DNA of 63,693 nucleotides, counting the filler. It is 4 parts of 4 records of this genome, joined end to end, with 100 filler letters (N's around TTAATTAATTAA, not from the genome) between each part and the next. Parts side by side here need not be neighbours in the genome. Positions count along the whole stretch, not along the records: positions 57,552 to 63,693 come from SRR22947725_7707; 3 more parts are not named here. One strand, given 5' to 3'. The notes beneath the pieces are model-generated. The model worked only from the letters and a program-made list of their open reading frames with translations, had not been told where the DNA came from and did no database searches. A program made the translations under genes and the position numbers. Numbering within the stretch: the first letter of the stretch is position 1; each line of letters opens with the position of its first letter. Shown here in pieces: positions 62,640-63,693 of the stretch.

Positions 62640-62705
62640 TCAACCTACTTTGTAACTCTCTATAGAGTCATGCATGTAGATGCATAGTCTTTTTTTCCAT
62701 GACAT
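62640..62705 (-). CDS. Candidate 21-aa uORF within a structured leader
   Basis: GAGGA RBS, MSWKKRLCIYMHDSIESYKVG*, downstream of TTGACA-N16-TAAAGT. Confidence 0.35.
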   Translation of the reverse strand: MSWKKRLCIYMHDSIESYKVG

Positions 62706-62744
62706 ATGGATCCTCAAACTTTAATATAAGTTATAGATTTGTCA

Positions 62745-62900
62745 ATGAATAATAAAACGCTTGGAATAATCATAATTGTATTTGGGGGCCTTGTTCTGTA
62801 TAGCGAACAAGAGTATGCCTGGATTGTTTCAGCAATATCTATTGGAATTGGCAGTGGCATTTTTTTCTGGAAAGATAAGAAAAATAATATAGACACATAG
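62745..62900 (+). CDS. Small 2-TM membrane protein, absent from the ORF track
   Basis: MNNKTLGIIIIVFGGLVLYSEQEYAWIVSAISIGIGSGIFFWKDKKNNIDT*, 3 nt before the next gene. Confidence 0.65.
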   Translation: MNNKTLGIIIIVFGGLVLYSEQEYAWIVSAISIGIGSGIFFWKDKKNNIDT

Positions 62901-62903
62901 TCT

Positions 62904-63488
62904 ATGTCAAAACAGATACTCATCATCTTTGGTCATAATAATTACAAAGCAGGGTCAAGTTTTAACGCAGCGGTTCGTGATTCTTTCATTGATGAAGCAA
63001 AAAAAATTGGTCACAAAATTGATCTTGTAAATATATATGAAGAAAAACAAATAAAGTTCTGGGATGGCGAAAAACCTAAAGAGCAAATATTAAATTATCG
63101 AAAAAGATTAGAACAAGCAGATATTTTTATGATCATGAGTCCTTGTCATAACTATATAATGAACTCTGCAACAGAAAACTTTATAGCCAATGTTTTTACT
63201 CCACCTTGGAGCTTTAGTTATAAAAAAATTATTGGTAACTGGGGTTATCCTGTACCTAACGCGTTAAAAGGGAAAACAGCCATTATCAGTATGACATATG
63301 GTGGACCAAGCTTTTTTGTTTCTGCAATCATTCAACAAATACCAAGAAGAATTAAAAAAATGGTTTTCAGTGGGCTTTGTGGCGCCAACGTTCAATATTT
63401 ACGTTTTTATGAAGTTCTGCCTAATATGCCAAAAGAAATTTTTGAAAAATACATGAAAAAAGTGAGAAAATTTGTACAACAATTGTAA
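62904..63488 (+). CDS. NAD(P)H-dependent oxidoreductase, flavodoxin-like (Flavodoxin_2)
   Basis: ILIIFGH..SSFNAA, LEQADIF..SP, LKGKTAIISMTYGGP. Confidence 0.85.
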   Translation: MSKQILIIFGHNNYKAGSSFNAAVRDSFIDEAKKIGHKIDLVNIYEEKQIKFWDGEKPKEQILNYRKRLEQADIFMIMSPCHNYIMNSATENFIANVFTPPWSFSYKKIIGNWGYPVPNALKGKTAIISMTYGGPSFFVSAIIQQIPRRIKKMVFSGLCGANVQYLRFYEVLPNMPKEIFEKYMKKVRKFVQQL

Positions 63489-63526
63489 CAATTTACTTTT
63501 TAAATATTAAAGATATAAGTTTAATT

Positions 63527-63693
63527 ATGTTAGAAAAATTCAAAAATTTCATGACCGAATCTGCAAATATCATGTTTGACGATTCTAAGAATGATTTAAG
63601 AAGTTTGCCTAAAGCAGTTCGTTTACAAATTTTAATTGTACTTTCCTTTGTTTGGTCAACTGTTTTTAGTCTATATGTATTTTCAATTACATC
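63527..63693 (+). CDS. Hypothetical membrane protein, 5' part
   Basis: MLEKFKNF...NDLRSLPKAVRLQILIVLSFVWSTVF runs off the window. Confidence 0.6.
   Translation, partial: MLEKFKNFMTESANIMFDDSKNDLRSLPKAVRLQILIVLSFVWSTVFSLYVFSIT

Overview
The window is an artificial concatenation of four unrelated marine bacterial contigs, joined by 100-nt N44-TTAATTAATTAA-N44 linkers at 26250-26349, 37689-37788 and 57452-57551. Contig 1 (1-26249) looks PVC/Lentisphaera-like (inferred). It carries prmA, tRNA-Ser(GGA), a cold-shock gene, lptD, a MarR-GNAT fusion divergent from phhA, three S1 sulfatases, a GH144-like glycosidase, mscS and DUF481. It also has a candidate sRNA and a family of palindromic elements behind each sulfatase. 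Contig 2 (26350-37688) is a very AT-rich alphaproteobacterium with RND efflux, hisI, rlmE, guaB, rsmB-like and guaA. At the guaA 3' end sits the most interesting feature: a 2.1-kb integrase-less mini-island bounded by a 16-bp duplication of the guaA 3' end. It has arm-like repeats suggesting a tandem array and carries four small secreted Cys-containing proteins. Contig 3 (37789-57451) is Rhodobacteraceae-like housekeeping DNA (leuA with a Leu-leader attenuator, nadE, gltX, argH, greA, ald, pheST, rplT, rpmI, pyk, dat, cobM). Contig 4 (57552-63693) is SAR11/Pelagibacter-like: sbcB, rmuC, MFS, a SelJ/J1-crystallin-like ADP-ribosylhydrolase coupled to an RlmN with an altered active-site motif, and small genes. 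Taxonomic calls and family assignments come from motif recognition, not database searches.
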